Source: Adineta vaga
Taxonomy: Eukaryota; Animalia; Rotifera
Direction of reading: 5' to 3'
DNA length: 64,000 nucleotides
Assembly: GCA_021613535.1 (NCBI GenBank)
Contig: CP075493.1
Coordinates: 10,230,001-10,294,000, forward strand
Below, one piece after another: positions 12,771 through 26,013 of this stretch. The translations under genes and the position numbers were made by a program. Each line of letters begins with the position of its first letter. The first letter of the stretch is position 1. Below the pieces are notes generated by a model. That model was not told the DNA's origin. It ran no database searches and was given only the letters and a program-made list of their open reading frames with translations.

Positions 12771-13994
12771 TTAATTCTTCTTACTAATTTTATTTAATGT
12801 TTTCCAACATAGATGAAAAGCTCGTGGTACATGATAACATCCTTTCCATTTTCCACCTTTTAAACTTAATAAAACTTCACCCTGTCGATTTAAATATCCA
12901 AATAATTCTCCACCTTCGGCATCAACAAAATGATCAATTGTATATTTTTGAACTTTATTCAACCAAGGAAGTAATTCATTCATCCGATCGGGTTGATGAT
13001 CAATTGCTTTAATCAATGCGATTAATGTCTCAAGATGAACCCACCATAATTTTTGATCCCATTCAAGTTGTTGTGGTGGCCGTTGTTCGATATCAAGAAA
13101 ATAGAAGATACCATTATATTTTTCATCCCAACTATAATTTAATATTTTCAATAATGTATCAATACAAATTGATGCTAATTGTTGATCGTTTTGTCGTTCA
13201 GCAATATCAAGTAAAAACCACATGGCTTCTATTCCATGTCCAGGATTTAATAAACGACCTTCGAATGAATCATTTCTTGATCCATCTTTTGCATTGATAT
13301 ATTCTAAAATTAATCCTGAATCGTTTTGACGAAATTCTTCGATGATTTCTTTGATACATTCTTTTGTTAAAGTTTGAATTAATTGTTTATCAATAAGATG
13401 TTCTAATTCCATAGCTAAATTACACATCATCATTGGTAAAGCAAAACTTTTTAATTGTCGAGGTGATAAAGAACTGCCTTTATTCCATTCACCTTTGGGA
13501 TTTGACCGACGTTTTTGTATATCATCAAATGTTTCTAGAGCAATCTGTTTATATTTTTCAGAATTCATTTTATCGATCTTTGCCATTTGACCAAATGCCA
13601 TTGAGGCAAAAACACTGGAAAATATATTGTATGGTTCAATTAATGGTTCACCATTTTGTGTTAATGAAAAATACCATTGACCATTAGTTGGATGGCGACC
13701 ATATTTTTCCAAAAATATTGCTCCATGTTGAGCAGTTTTCAACCATTCTTGACGTTCTTTATCAGAAACATTCAAGTCAAGATCTTGATATAGTTTTGCA
13801 AACATCCATATCTGTCGAGCTTGTAACCAAATAAATTTATCTGTGTCAAAAACTTTACCATCACGATCCAGACATGTAAAATAACCACCATATTCTCGAT
13901 CGATCGAATGACTAAGCCAAAACGGTATAATATTAGTAAGAAGATAATCACGATAATAATGTGACCATAAAGTAAAATCATAAGTCTCACTCAT
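12771..13994 (-). CDS. N-acylglucosamine 2-epimerase (AGE family), intronless, bacterial-type
   Basis: IIPFW..SIDREYGGYFTCLDRDGKVFDTDKFIWLQARQ, NPGHGIEAMWF, LEWDQKLWWVHLE, KGGKWKGCYHVPRA; single 407-aa ORF. Confidence 0.93.
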   Translation of the reverse strand: MSETYDFTLWSHYYRDYLLTNIIPFWLSHSIDREYGGYFTCLDRDGKVFDTDKFIWLQARQIWMFAKLYQDLDLNVSDKERQEWLKTAQHGAIFLEKYGRHPTNGQWYFSLTQNGEPLIEPYNIFSSVFASMAFGQMAKIDKMNSEKYKQIALETFDDIQKRRSNPKGEWNKGSSLSPRQLKSFALPMMMCNLAMELEHLIDKQLIQTLTKECIKEIIEEFRQNDSGLILEYINAKDGSRNDSFEGRLLNPGHGIEAMWFLLDIAERQNDQQLASICIDTLLKILNYSWDEKYNGIFYFLDIEQRPPQQLEWDQKLWWVHLETLIALIKAIDHQPDRMNELLPWLNKVQKYTIDHFVDAEGGELFGYLNRQGEVLLSLKGGKWKGCYHVPRAFHLCWKTLNKISKKN

Positions 13995-14637
13995 TGTTGT
14001 CCTGTTGTGCTTTTGAATAATGTCTTTAGATAAGAATCCTACCTCAGTTAACTTAGTTTGAGGTTATCTAAAACAAGATATCATATAAATGTCAATAAAT
14101 CCAGTAATGTTATACTGAATAACAGATAAAGATAGAAAGTCAGATCATACAGGCGGAAGTAGAAGACTGCTGCTATAAAAAGATTTGAATCAAAACGTCA
14201 GTGAACTATGATCTATATACTATCATTTAGTAAGTATAGCGCCATCTGACGGTAAGTTGATAAAATAAGTTCCGTATAACTATGGTGAACCATCTTCTTT
14301 TATGTATAATATTGTGTAAAAAAAGTTATTTCTATCGGAAAACGATGATGTGTTCTACTATATTCTAATCACATAAATATATAAAAATAAAAATAAAAAT
14401 ATTAAATAGTTATAGCCTTCGTACAAGCTGACGTTTTATTCAAAAGCAAGAATGAAAACCAATCGATGATAAACATAAAACTTCATACAGAAAACATCAA
14501 GCATTAATACAAATAACAAGAAGACACATTAAAGCAAGAATTAGATTTGAATAATTTTATGAATATGTAATGTGACTAAACTTTTATTTTTGATTTTAAC
14601 TAGAGTAACATACGAAAATACGTATATTATACCTTTG

Positions 14638-16945
14638 TCATTTTTTTTCCTCCTTTCTCGTTTGTACTAGTTGTATTCTTATATCCATAGCTGGTGTTTT
14701 AGGTAACAATACCATCCGTTCACGTTGATCCGTTTCTTCCTCGCGTTCTCTCATACTGCAACAAAAAAACAAATATATCCGACATTTCGTTTCTCTTCTT
14801 ACCTTCGTAATATGATCAAACATACACCAGATAACACTAACATCAACACACAGAACATAAATATTATGGACAAACTAAAATGCTAGAGATGAAAAGAATA
14901 AAATAAAATAAAATAAAATATGTGATATTGTTGATGAATCTTACCCATATGATGATACTAAACATGAAAACAAATCGTGGAATACGAAAATAGTTCATAA
15001 GAGTTGCTCGAACTACGAAAAGATCAGAGAATGAGTGAAATGACATATTTTAATGTTGTATTACCTGAATCAGGGAGATATTGACTTCGTAATAGACTGA
15101 TGGATGGCAAATAAATACCAACACATAGTTCAAACAAACATAAACCAATAAATACCAGTATTTGAGCCTAGAAAGTTTTCGATTTATATAAAAAACGAAT
15201 CATCAAGTATATTTATTCGGCACAACTTTCAACTTCGAAAGCAAGGATGACTATTTCACAGATATTATTAATTTCTGTAACAACTCCTTTATCTCAATAT
15301 TTATTAAACTAAGACGATAGTTTTCTTCTTCATTTCTCTTTTGTATCGAAATTTAAGATTCAATAAAAACTGAATATACTAACATTTGGTAAAATCACAG
15401 GTATACTCAGCGCAACAGCAGCCAATAGAATTACCACTCTACAGAGTCAAAAATAATATTTTAAATCAGAAGCAGAAATCATAGACATACAACTTACGGC
15501 AGATAATAATGAACATCATATCGTTTTGATAGTTCTTTGAAAGCAAATGCACCCATCATGTTAAATGTCTATTGTATATCCATGAATAATCATACACATA
15601 CAGATCACTTCATACAAAACGACATTCTTACCATAAATCCAGAAAACATGAAACCTAGCGGTAAAGGATCAGAAATAGCCCACACTTTGGCTGCTTCAAG
15701 TGCAGGTGTCCATTCGATCGAATAAATATAAATCGTTGCTTCAAAAAGACCAGTAATCAAACCAACTAACACCACACGAGGCTCTAAATATATCAATGTA
15801 TTTAGTCATCATCTGTGTTTTCCCAAACTACATTCGATATGGGAATACACTGACCATCACGAAGTATGTTAAAAGCAGTAATGAATGATGTCATTGGTTT
15901 TGCTTCTCGATCACCATAGTTTTCTGTCCACATCCACAATGTAAACAATATCATCACTATATAAACACCAATGGCAATGTCAAATGGTGCTCTACAAGAT
16001 AGATATTGATGTGAAAGCATGAGATGATGAGAGAAGTGAATATTTCGAGTCACTTCCGATTGATATCTAGTCACACTTACGCATATCCAAGTGATTCTGC
16101 TGTAAACTGAGCGATGATACCTGATGTAACTGCTGCTAATGTCGCACACACAACTATAAATGAGAAACAGATATAGATACATCGTATCTAAAATGATAAT
16201 ATGACTTACAAGCATTGCGTAGTAGATGTTTGAGTGATTCAGTGTCCAAACCATGCTAAGAAAAAAGACAAGATCAATTGCAAATTCATTCGATTCAATA
16301 TGAAAATAATACTTTGTGATATTCTTGTAACAGCCACACTTCGAAGTTTGTATTATAGAATGAGTGACCGATGCCACGAAACATACTTCCAATAATGAGG
16401 ATCGATAGAATGTTGAAATTCTTTAAAAAAATAGACGCGATGTAACTAAAATGCGTATGGAAGTAATATGATGATGATACTGACAAGTGAAAGGCAATGA
16501 ATCGCATAGAAGAGAGATGATAGAATACATGCTAGTCGACGACCACTAAATCCAAAAGAAGAAAGCATTGATAATATCTATTTGGTGAATATTCGTACAA
16601 ATAGTGAAGATGAAAATGCACTTACAATTTATCAGAAAGTGAAGATGCTACAGTACCAAGACATAGTGTAGAAAGATGTGCACAAAGATAAATGGATTCG
16701 ATTGTTGACCGTTGAATATTGTATGAACTAAGGAGAGCATAACGATAAGATGCTTGAATATTGTTACCAGCTGAATAAAAGAGAAAAAGAATATAATTAT
16801 AATATTTTAGACTGATTTTCGTGATGGAAATAAAGACGAATATACCTGCAGCAAGTCCATAGGCAATCAGATAGACTGCTTGAAGTTGTTGAAATACGGG
16901 TGAAGTTGAAGATGTATCAAATGAATGTTCAGAATCAATAGCCAT
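14638..16945 (-). CDS. MFSD5 / molybdate-anion transporter-like MFS protein, copy 1, multi-exon
   Basis: FQQLQAVYLIAYGLAA, APFDIAI..WTENYGD, LFEATIYIYSIEWTPAL, LPLGFMFSGFM, RATLMNYFRIP. Confidence 0.82.
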
Positions 16946-18063
16946 ACTATTTTGTAATATAATTGCTCCTATGTTAAGCTAGAAAAGTTATGTATGATCG
17001 TGCGTGACGGATTATTTCGTTGTTTTATATGGACGTATGTTTCGATTTGACAACCCTATTTACCATATAGTAGTGACCGTTCGATTTGGGTAGACAAATA
17101 TCTATGGATTCATATGAACGAACAAAAATTGTTACGAGGACAAAGTAGAGTGGGTCATTCAATATACTTTTGTTCTACTAATGTATTTGTATAAGTTACA
17201 ATGTTCATGCAGAGAATGATGGACTCTAAGGATTTATTGCATTTAAAATCAATAACACTGTGTTTTAAACAAAGTACTTTGAGGAAAAAATTGTGACAAC
17301 GGAGCTATTTCTCAACAACAAGAAGTAAGCGAGAGGAATACGAGCTAGAAACTCTTTTTGAAAATGTCATATAGCTTTTTGTCTCCTCCCACTCAAATAT
17401 AAGTAAGATGAAAAAAATAAAGAATACTTCGTCCAAGAACATATTCGAAAGAACGATTCTTTTCAGGAATAAATCCAGTAAAAATCTCAGTTGCAAACAT
17501 TTCTCATTTAATACTTTATTTAATCTACAATTCATATGCACGCGATCTTCGCACATATTAGTGAACTCATCACGTTCTTTCGCCTTCACTACCTGTAATA
17601 CTTTTCCTTTATATCGTATATTGTAGTACTAAAATGCCATCTTTTTCCTAGAACTATAGGCAAGTTAGTATTCAAGGAAATGAAATCATTGCTCATTATA
17701 TATTTTCAGACATTCGTTTTACTTACATGTCATATATGTATTTTTTTCAATCGATTCTTTTCTTTCAAGATTACAAAACTGTACGTGTATGGCAGTAACT
17801 TATAAAAAGATCAATAACAGTGACTGTGTTCATAAAAAGTCTTTGTAGCGTATCCTTTCCTTCAAAAGATAAGATTTCTTCTTGTCTATATTTCAGACAC
17901 ATCAATGTATTTTTAGGTTATCTTTTTCAACAGATAAATGTACTTATAGCTGATTGCTCTCTTACTGACATACAGATTCTCACTTAAACACAAATTAAGT
18001 GTCAATTTTTTTCTTTGCATTAACACACTATCACGACAAACAAACAACGTTTTTCCATTTCTT

Positions 18064-20238
18064 CTATTGTTCATTGAGAATATTGATTGATACACTGCGA
18101 TGATCAATTCCATTCCATAGTCCTCTCATTTGTGGTAGTTTTAGTTTTATACCTACAGATGGTGATGTAGACAACAATACCATCCGTTCACGTTGATCCG
18201 TTTCTTCCTCGCGTTCTCTCATACTGCAACAAAAAAACAAATATATCCGACATTTCGTTTCTCTTCTTACCTTCGTAATATGATCAAACATACACCAGAT
18301 AACACTAACATCAACACACAGAACATAAATATTATGGACAAACTAAAATGCTAGAGATGAAAAGAATAAAATCAAATATGTGATATTGTTGATGAATCTT
18401 ACCCATATGATGATACTAAACATGAAAACAAATCGTGGAATACGAAAATAGTTCATAAGAGTTGCTCGAACTACGAAAAGATCAGAGAATGAGTGAAATG
18501 ACATATTTTAATGTTGTATTACCTGAATCAGGGAGATATTGACTTCGTAATAGACTGATGGATGGTTCATAAACTCCAACACAAAATTCAAATAAAAAAA
18601 TACCAAAAAGAACCAATGATTGAACCTGAAAATTAGTGTATTATAAAGATAAAAAGCATTCAGTGAAATACTGACGTTAGAAAACATTGCTGTCATTGAA
18701 ACTGCGACTACGCCGAGCATGATTATCACTCTGAAAATTATCATCATACTAACACTATGATAGATCTCAGTTATAGAACTTACAGCATATATGAATGAAC
18801 ATCATATCGTTTTGATAGTTCTTTGAAAGCAAATGCACCCATCATGTTAAATGTCTATTGTATATCCATAAATAATCATACACACACAGATCACTTCATA
18901 CAAAACGATATTCTTACCATAAATCCAGAAAACATGAAACCTAGCGGTAAAGGATCAGAAATAGCCCACACTTTTGCTGCTTCAAGTGCAGGTGTCCATT
19001 CGATCGAATAAATATAAATCGTTGCTTCAAAAAGACCAGTAATCAAACCAACTAACACCACACGAGGCTCTAAACATATCAATGTATTTAGTCATCATCT
19101 GTTTTTTCCCAAACTACGTTCGATATGGGAATACACTGACCATCACGAAGTATGTTAAAAGCAGTAATGAATGATGTCATTGGTTTTGCTTCTCGATCAC
19201 CATAGTTTTCTGTCCACATCCACAATGTAAACAATATCATCACTATATAAACACCAATGGCAATGTCAAATGGTGCTCTACAAGATAGATATTGATGTGA
19301 AAGCATGAGATGATGAGAGAAGTGAATATTTCGAGTCACTTCTGATTGATATCTAGTCACACTTACGCGTATCCAAGTGATTCTGCTGTAAACTGAGCGA
19401 TGATACCTGATGTAACTGCTGCTAATGTCGCACACACAACTATGAATGAGAAATAGATATAGATACATCGTATCTAAAATGATAATATGACTTACAAGCA
19501 TTGCGTAGTAGATGTTTGAGTGATTCAGTGTCCAAACCATGCTAAGAAACAAGACAAGCAATTGCAAATTCATTCGATTCAATATGAAAATAATACTTTG
19601 TGATGTTCTTGTAAGATCCAAGCCTCAAAGTTTGTGTTGTAGAGTGAATGAGCCATACCACGAAATATGCTTCCAATAATGAGGATCGATAGAATGTTGA
19701 AATTCTTTAAAAAGAATAGACAACACGTAGTTAAAATGTGAATGAGATATATATGATGATAATGATACTGACAAGTGATAGACAATGAATGACATAGAAG
19801 AGAGATGATAGAATGCATGCGAATCGACGTCCACTGAAAAGAATTAGAGCAGTAGATTGATTTTCTTGAAATATTATGGCAATTCTGTCGAAACAAATAC
19901 TGTTGAATAGAGACTTACAATGTATCCGATAGTGATGATATCACGGTACCAAGGCATAAAGTCGAAAGATGTGCACAAAGATAAATGGATTCGATTGTAG
20001 ATCGTTGAAGATTATAGGAATGAAGGAGAGCATATCGATAAGGACCTTGAAGATTGTTGCCGACTAAAGAATTAATTGAGAAATGTATAAAAACTTGTTC
20101 TTTTATTCATTTGAAAAATATACCTGCAGCAAGTGTGTAAACAAGCAAATAGTTGGTTTGCAGTTCTTTGAATACGAATGGATTGGAAAAGGATGTATAT
20201 AATAAACCATTCATATTGTTAGGCAAAATAGTTTTCAT
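18064..20238 (-). CDS. MFSD5 / molybdate-anion transporter-like MFS protein, copy 2, multi-exon
   Basis: Same motifs as copy 1 plus GNNLQGPYRYAL and TNFEAWILQEH; ATG at 20238 (MKTILPNN). Confidence 0.82.
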
Positions 20239-20760
20239 TGTACTAAATTGTACAGAAATGAAGATAACGTATATTTGTAAAATGTAAATAATTCTTTTAT
20301 TTCTACGTATACTGATGTATTGATCGATCCTAAAATGAATAGACTACTTGTTCATTTGCCAGCATCCAAAGTAATAATGATTGCATGTGTGAGTTAATTA
20401 TCGTATTCTTTGATCCTACGATACGTGAATTTCTGACATATAGTTTTTTTTCAAATAGACGAATGATAAATGAACTCGATGCATGCAAAACTTCCACATT
20501 TTGAGTGTTTTTCTTAATACAAAGAATCTCTTAATCAAAACGTGTAGGTCAAACAATAGAATAAATTTCTAAGTAATACAAAGCAAATTGGATTAATTTC
20601 AATTACTCAATTCTATTCTTAGAAGAAATCTATGTTGAAGATGCCGTGTACAACAGTGAATAAAAATCATCATCGTTCGATTCGATTTGTACAAATTGTT
20701 TATTAAATAGTTCTTCAAGATTATCGAAAAAATAAAAAGAATTTGAAACTGAGCTAATTA

Positions 20761-22593
20761 TTATGTGTATGAATAGTGAGTTCGTTTGATTCGTTTATGA
20801 TTCTTATTGATACCTTCAGATGGATCGTCATTCTTATCAATTATGACTTCAATTGACTTACCATTGTTGCCAAGAAAGTATTTTATTCTTTTCTTATTCA
20901 ACCATTTGATTGTATCCAATATTGAATTTGGCAAAGAATTATTGTGATGAAATGTAATCGTCTGTACATGTTTGATATATTTGAGAATCAATTTGACTTG
21001 ATGAATGTCAATTGTGTGAATTTTAAGATGACGAATACGACGATAAGATACTATCGAACAGATGATTGGAATTCTCTCGTCGAAATCATCAATAATTGTT
21101 AATGTAAGTGTTTGAATATGGAATGCTTTCTCTAATAATTCTCTGATTGTTTCCGAACGAATGATAGATCCATAGTGTTCGATTAGCGAGATTTCATCTA
21201 ATTGAGAAAGATTTATTAATGTAGATAGACGAATAATTAAATCATCTGCACATTCATCATTGATGTACAAAATAAGTTTATTAATATTTTCCAAAGAACA
21301 CTGACGACCAAGTCTATTCTAGAAGAGAAACAAAAATACTAATAAATTTTTGACTGTGTCATAAAAACTAGAGTATTATTATTTCTACTCAAATTATAAT
21401 TTAAAAAGTCTTGGAAGTTAAGAAATGGTGTCACTTACATTCTTTAGTGATGCAGAACTGATGCGTAAAGTCCACTCTTGCTTTGTTCTTGATATGTTAT
21501 TACTTCTTATCGTCGTTGCCCAATATGCGATAGTTCCAGTAGAACGGTTTTCAAGAAACATCTCAGTTGAAAATATTGGTGAGTGAAGAGTGATGCTTGC
21601 AGAATAAATAGATTCCATATATCTAGCAGTAACAAACCATTGTTTCTTGTCGAGCCAAAATGCTGTACAAAATGGAACGAGAATTGATTCCATGTTTACG
21701 TTCTTCTCACTTGAATAAACAAAATAGAAATAGAATGTTTTAAGTAATGGTAGTTTTTCACCGATGAAATATTCCCATAGAAGAAATCGTTGAACAAAAT
21801 CAGATGAAACTAATGAATTCGTTTGGAATTTGAGATAAATAAGAGATGAAAAAAGTGATAAGAAAGATTCGAATACCTCAATTGCTTCAGGAATCGCATT
21901 GAGTGTTAATGAAGTCAATTGATAATATGGAATTCCTTGATCAATGGATATATTCCATTCATTCATCGCAAAAACCCGCAGATTTGTTGACTGACCAAGA
22001 ATATGAGATAATTGTTCATTAGTACATGTTTTAATTCTTAATTCATAAATTTTCCATTGAATGGGCCATGTTATTCGATTCATGATTGTATTTTCAACAT
22101 CAAAAGTTAATTTTCGAAGACTTGGCATAGCAATGACGGAGGACAGAAGTTCGATCGTATCATTACCAAGTAATTTTCTCTCCTTGATTCTGAATGAAAA
22201 TGACTTGATAGTATTCATCATAATGAGAGGATTAATAATTATATGCAAATCAAATTCATCGATACCACAAAGTGTCAATGATCGAAGTTGGTTTAATTCA
22301 TAAATAAAGACAGATCGTAAGAAGATTCCAATCATATTTACTTTATAAGATGTATTTTTCAGAGAAAGCGAACTAACATTGTTGGTTTGCAAAGCTCGAC
22401 ATAATCGAGAAATAGTTGTTTTAGATGATTCAGATGTAAATTTAATTGATAAACGATTATAACTATCAACAATTGTATAAAATCGTTTGCATACTGAACG
22501 AACTGAAAGTAGAATAAGTTCAGTATCAAGTTGATCAAGAATACGATGAACAAGTTCTACAGGTAATGTTAGAAAAGTTGCTGTCGATTCCAT
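20761..22593 (-). CDS. F-box protein with degenerate LRR-like body, 2 exons (intron ~21321-21437)
   Basis: N-terminal F-box FLTLPVELVHRILDQLD..SVRSVCKRFYTIVDSY; LRSLTL/LTSLTL repeats; PFCTAFWLDKKQWFV motif. Confidence 0.8.
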
Positions 22594-23068
22594 AAGTATC
22601 TTTACAATAGAATTTTTATTTTATTTGATGGAGAAAAAAAAAGAAACTATTTCGTAAGACAGTTGAAATAAAACACATGTGTAATTTCTTTTGATATAAG
22701 TAGAAAAATAGAATAATATATGAGTCATTCTACCGTAAGTTACACAAACACACATAACGACTATGATGAAATTTAATAAAGATCGAAATAACAAATATAT
22801 TCTTCTTTTTTTTTCCTAAAAGAAATATTATGCAAAATACAGATTATTTAAACTTTTAATAAACAGTGATTCTTAAAGAAGATATAGGTCAATCATTCAT
22901 CAACATAAACAAAAAATATTGAGAGATCAATTATAGCAATTATCTATTGACAACCAAATGATATTAGTGTGACATGTTTATTCATTTATTTTTGTTTATA
23001 TAACATATACAATGACAGAGAAGAAAAAAAAGAAGTCGGACGGAATAAAACATATAAATGTCTCGTCA

Positions 23069-26013
23069 TTAAACGGTTGTTACTGCTTGTTTCATTAATT
23101 TAACATTACTTAAATCTTCGAGATTGTCATCATCATCATCATCTATATCTGTTAAATTTGATATTCGTGTTTTTTCTTTTCGTAAATAATCTTTCGTTTT
23201 GATTATAAAGAAAATCAATAGAAAACCGATACATAAAGATAATAGTATTAAAATAAAAATCATCGAAATTAAAATATAATGTTGTCGAAGAAATGGAAAT
23301 GATATTAAATAAGAATCATTTACTGATGTCGATTGAGAACAATTTGAAGAAAATTGATCAAGATTTGAAAATGGTTGACAATGTATATAATCATCACATA
23401 CCAATGAATGATGAATACAAAATGATGTTTCATTTGATGGTTCACAATCAATATAATCTGTAGAACATTTATGATCAATTTTCATTTGAATGATTGTCCA
23501 TGTTAAATGAAAACCTTTCAATGATTCTTTTGTTTGACGATTTAATGAAATAAATTGTAATGTAAACCAATTTGATTTTGTAAATATATATGAAATCACT
23601 TCTTGTTGTCCACATAATTCATCAATACGTTCTTCACTTGAGATTCTTAAAACGGATGATTGACATCCTTGAGGAGGATCTTTTGTTTGTGAACCTTCCA
23701 TATCAAGAATAGTTAAATCAAGTTTAAATTGGTATCCAATTCTTGTACGATAGGACCATTCACAAATAATATTTTCGGGATAACCATGACTTGATAAATT
23801 TCCTGATAATTGTTCATTTTCATTTATATCAATAATTGGATCGAATGGATTTCGACATTTCGATGAAAAGAATGAATGTGTTCGATTAATAAATTCATAT
23901 CGTCCATCGAAACCTAAGCCTGTTTCTGTATCATTATTTGAACGAAAATGTATACGAAATTGTTCGATTGAACGATTTGTTAAATAGGGTGATGGATAAT
24001 TTCTATATCCACAATAAACGTAGGGATAAGATAAATAGGATAATGAAGAATATAAACGATATGTATAAGTTAAATTATCGGATGGACAATGAAGAACATC
24101 ATTATCAGCAATATTAAAATAATCATACCAGATAAGAAGACGAGAATTTGGATTAAGAATATTAAAATGAAATGTACAATTTGAATTGGAAAAATAATCT
24201 TGATCCGATGACCGTGGTGGTTCAAATTTTCCTTTTTGAAGAAAAAATAAACAATTAAAACATGAATTATTCTCTCCTTTTCTTACCATTTAATGCCCGT
24301 GATTGATAATAGTAAAGACTACAATCCGTTCGATTAGTTGGATCAGTTGATATTTGATGATAACTTCTAATAAATTTATATTTTGCTTGAAATTTTCCTC
24401 CATGAATCAATGATGGTAATAGATGACTTGTTTGACGATGATTCGGAATAAAAGATAATTTTAACAATGCATTCTGTGAAAGAAAACGTCCTTCAGGTTT
24501 AAAATGTCCACAAAATGTAAGATTATCTTTAAAATCAACTGCTTGTTGATAATAATTATTAAATGTCGAATTTATCAATGAATGAGATTTTGATGAATGT
24601 AATTGATAATCATAGATTCGACTAGCATTATAGATAACAAAGATTGCTAATTGACAATCGACATCAAATTGTTCAAATTCAATTTCAACATTTTCTAAAC
24701 CATAACGATCATCAACACCTAATAAATAGGTTGAACAAGATGTTTGTGGTTTATAAAAATTTGGCCAATTCGGTGATTGAATTAATCCATAACCTTGACC
24801 AAAAGATTTGATTGTTTGATCACATTCTGTTCCTGATATATATTGATTCGATTGATTTCTTGTAATAAAATCTAATTTTGTTAATGTCGAAAGAAATTCA
24901 TATTCAGCATAGAAACCTTTACGCCATAATAATGGTATTGATGCTTCATTTGATTGTATTTGTTCGTCATCAGTCAACTCTGCATAATGTGTGGTAATGA
25001 AATATAGTAATAACGAATTCTTTGTTGAATAAACATCTAATGGCATTGAATATGTTCCGCAAAGATCTGTTATATGATGAGGATCGATTTGTTCGGATAA
25101 AATTTCATCATCAAATTGATTGACTTGCTTAAAACCTGAGAGAAATCGTTGCAATTCAATTGAATGAAATGTATTATCATATATACGAATTAGATCTATG
25201 GCACAATGTTGAGTATTTGGTGTTTTAAATAACATTAAATCACGAAAACGTATATGAATACGTTCATTTGATTGACCAATAAATGAATAATTACAAAATT
25301 GCCACTAGAAACAAAAGAGAAAAACGATATTAATTGTTCAAACCTTTCTTTTTACCGGTGGATATGTTCCAGGATAGGTAGATGAAAAGAATTCTCCACG
25401 TTTTGATATCGATGAATTAAAAATATAATCACATGGTTCATGTATAAGATTGTCTTTATATCGTTGTGTAGGTATAAAACGAAATGAACCATTAAAACCT
25501 CTTTCAGTTTTTGTATCTTCAGTAAAGAATCCTAATAAAAGTAGATTTGTCACGGATATCAATAATGGTGGTTTATTTCGTCCACAAAAACGATGAAGTA
25601 ACTGATCATTGACTTGATTAAAATCTGTTAGATTAATAAATACATCGAGATAATCATGAGTACACTGAGGTGAAACACCACGAATTTGAAAAAAGTCAAT
25701 TTCAATAACAACACGATAATCTTTGGAAGCTGTAAATTGATAAAATAAAATTGTATCTTGTGGATAATTATTAGGAAAATTAGGACCTGAAAAAAACAAA
25801 ACAAGAATTACTGCAATCGAAAAAAAACAGAAGAAAATTTTTATTTAATCTACTTGAAAAAACACCACCATCCGATCCATATTGAGACATATTGAAACTA
25901 AGATATTGTGTTTCAACAGTCTCCAATGATTTATATGATGAATCTTCTTGACATTCGATATACCATTTAAATAATATCAAATAAATGTATAGAAAAATAA
26001 ATAAGAAATTCAT
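23069..26013 (-). CDS. Type I membrane protein with ~5 CUB domains, LDLa-like module and TM helix (SOL-1/Neto-like)
   Basis: Signal peptide; CUB starts GVFSSPNFPNNYP, GEFFSSTYPGTYP, GLIQSPNWPNFY, GKFEPPR, GNLSSHGYPENIICEW; Cys-rich CIHHSLVCDDYIHC; hydrophobic TM; C-terminal VTTV. Confidence 0.8.

Noticed and set aside
12797-13687. Plus-strand ORFs overlapping the epimerase (likewise 61059-61530 over Vint B)
   Set aside because: Antisense shadows of real coding sequence
17305-17626. Overlapping ORFs between the MFSD5-like copies
   Set aside because: No recognisable motif; cannot be supported as a gene or TE
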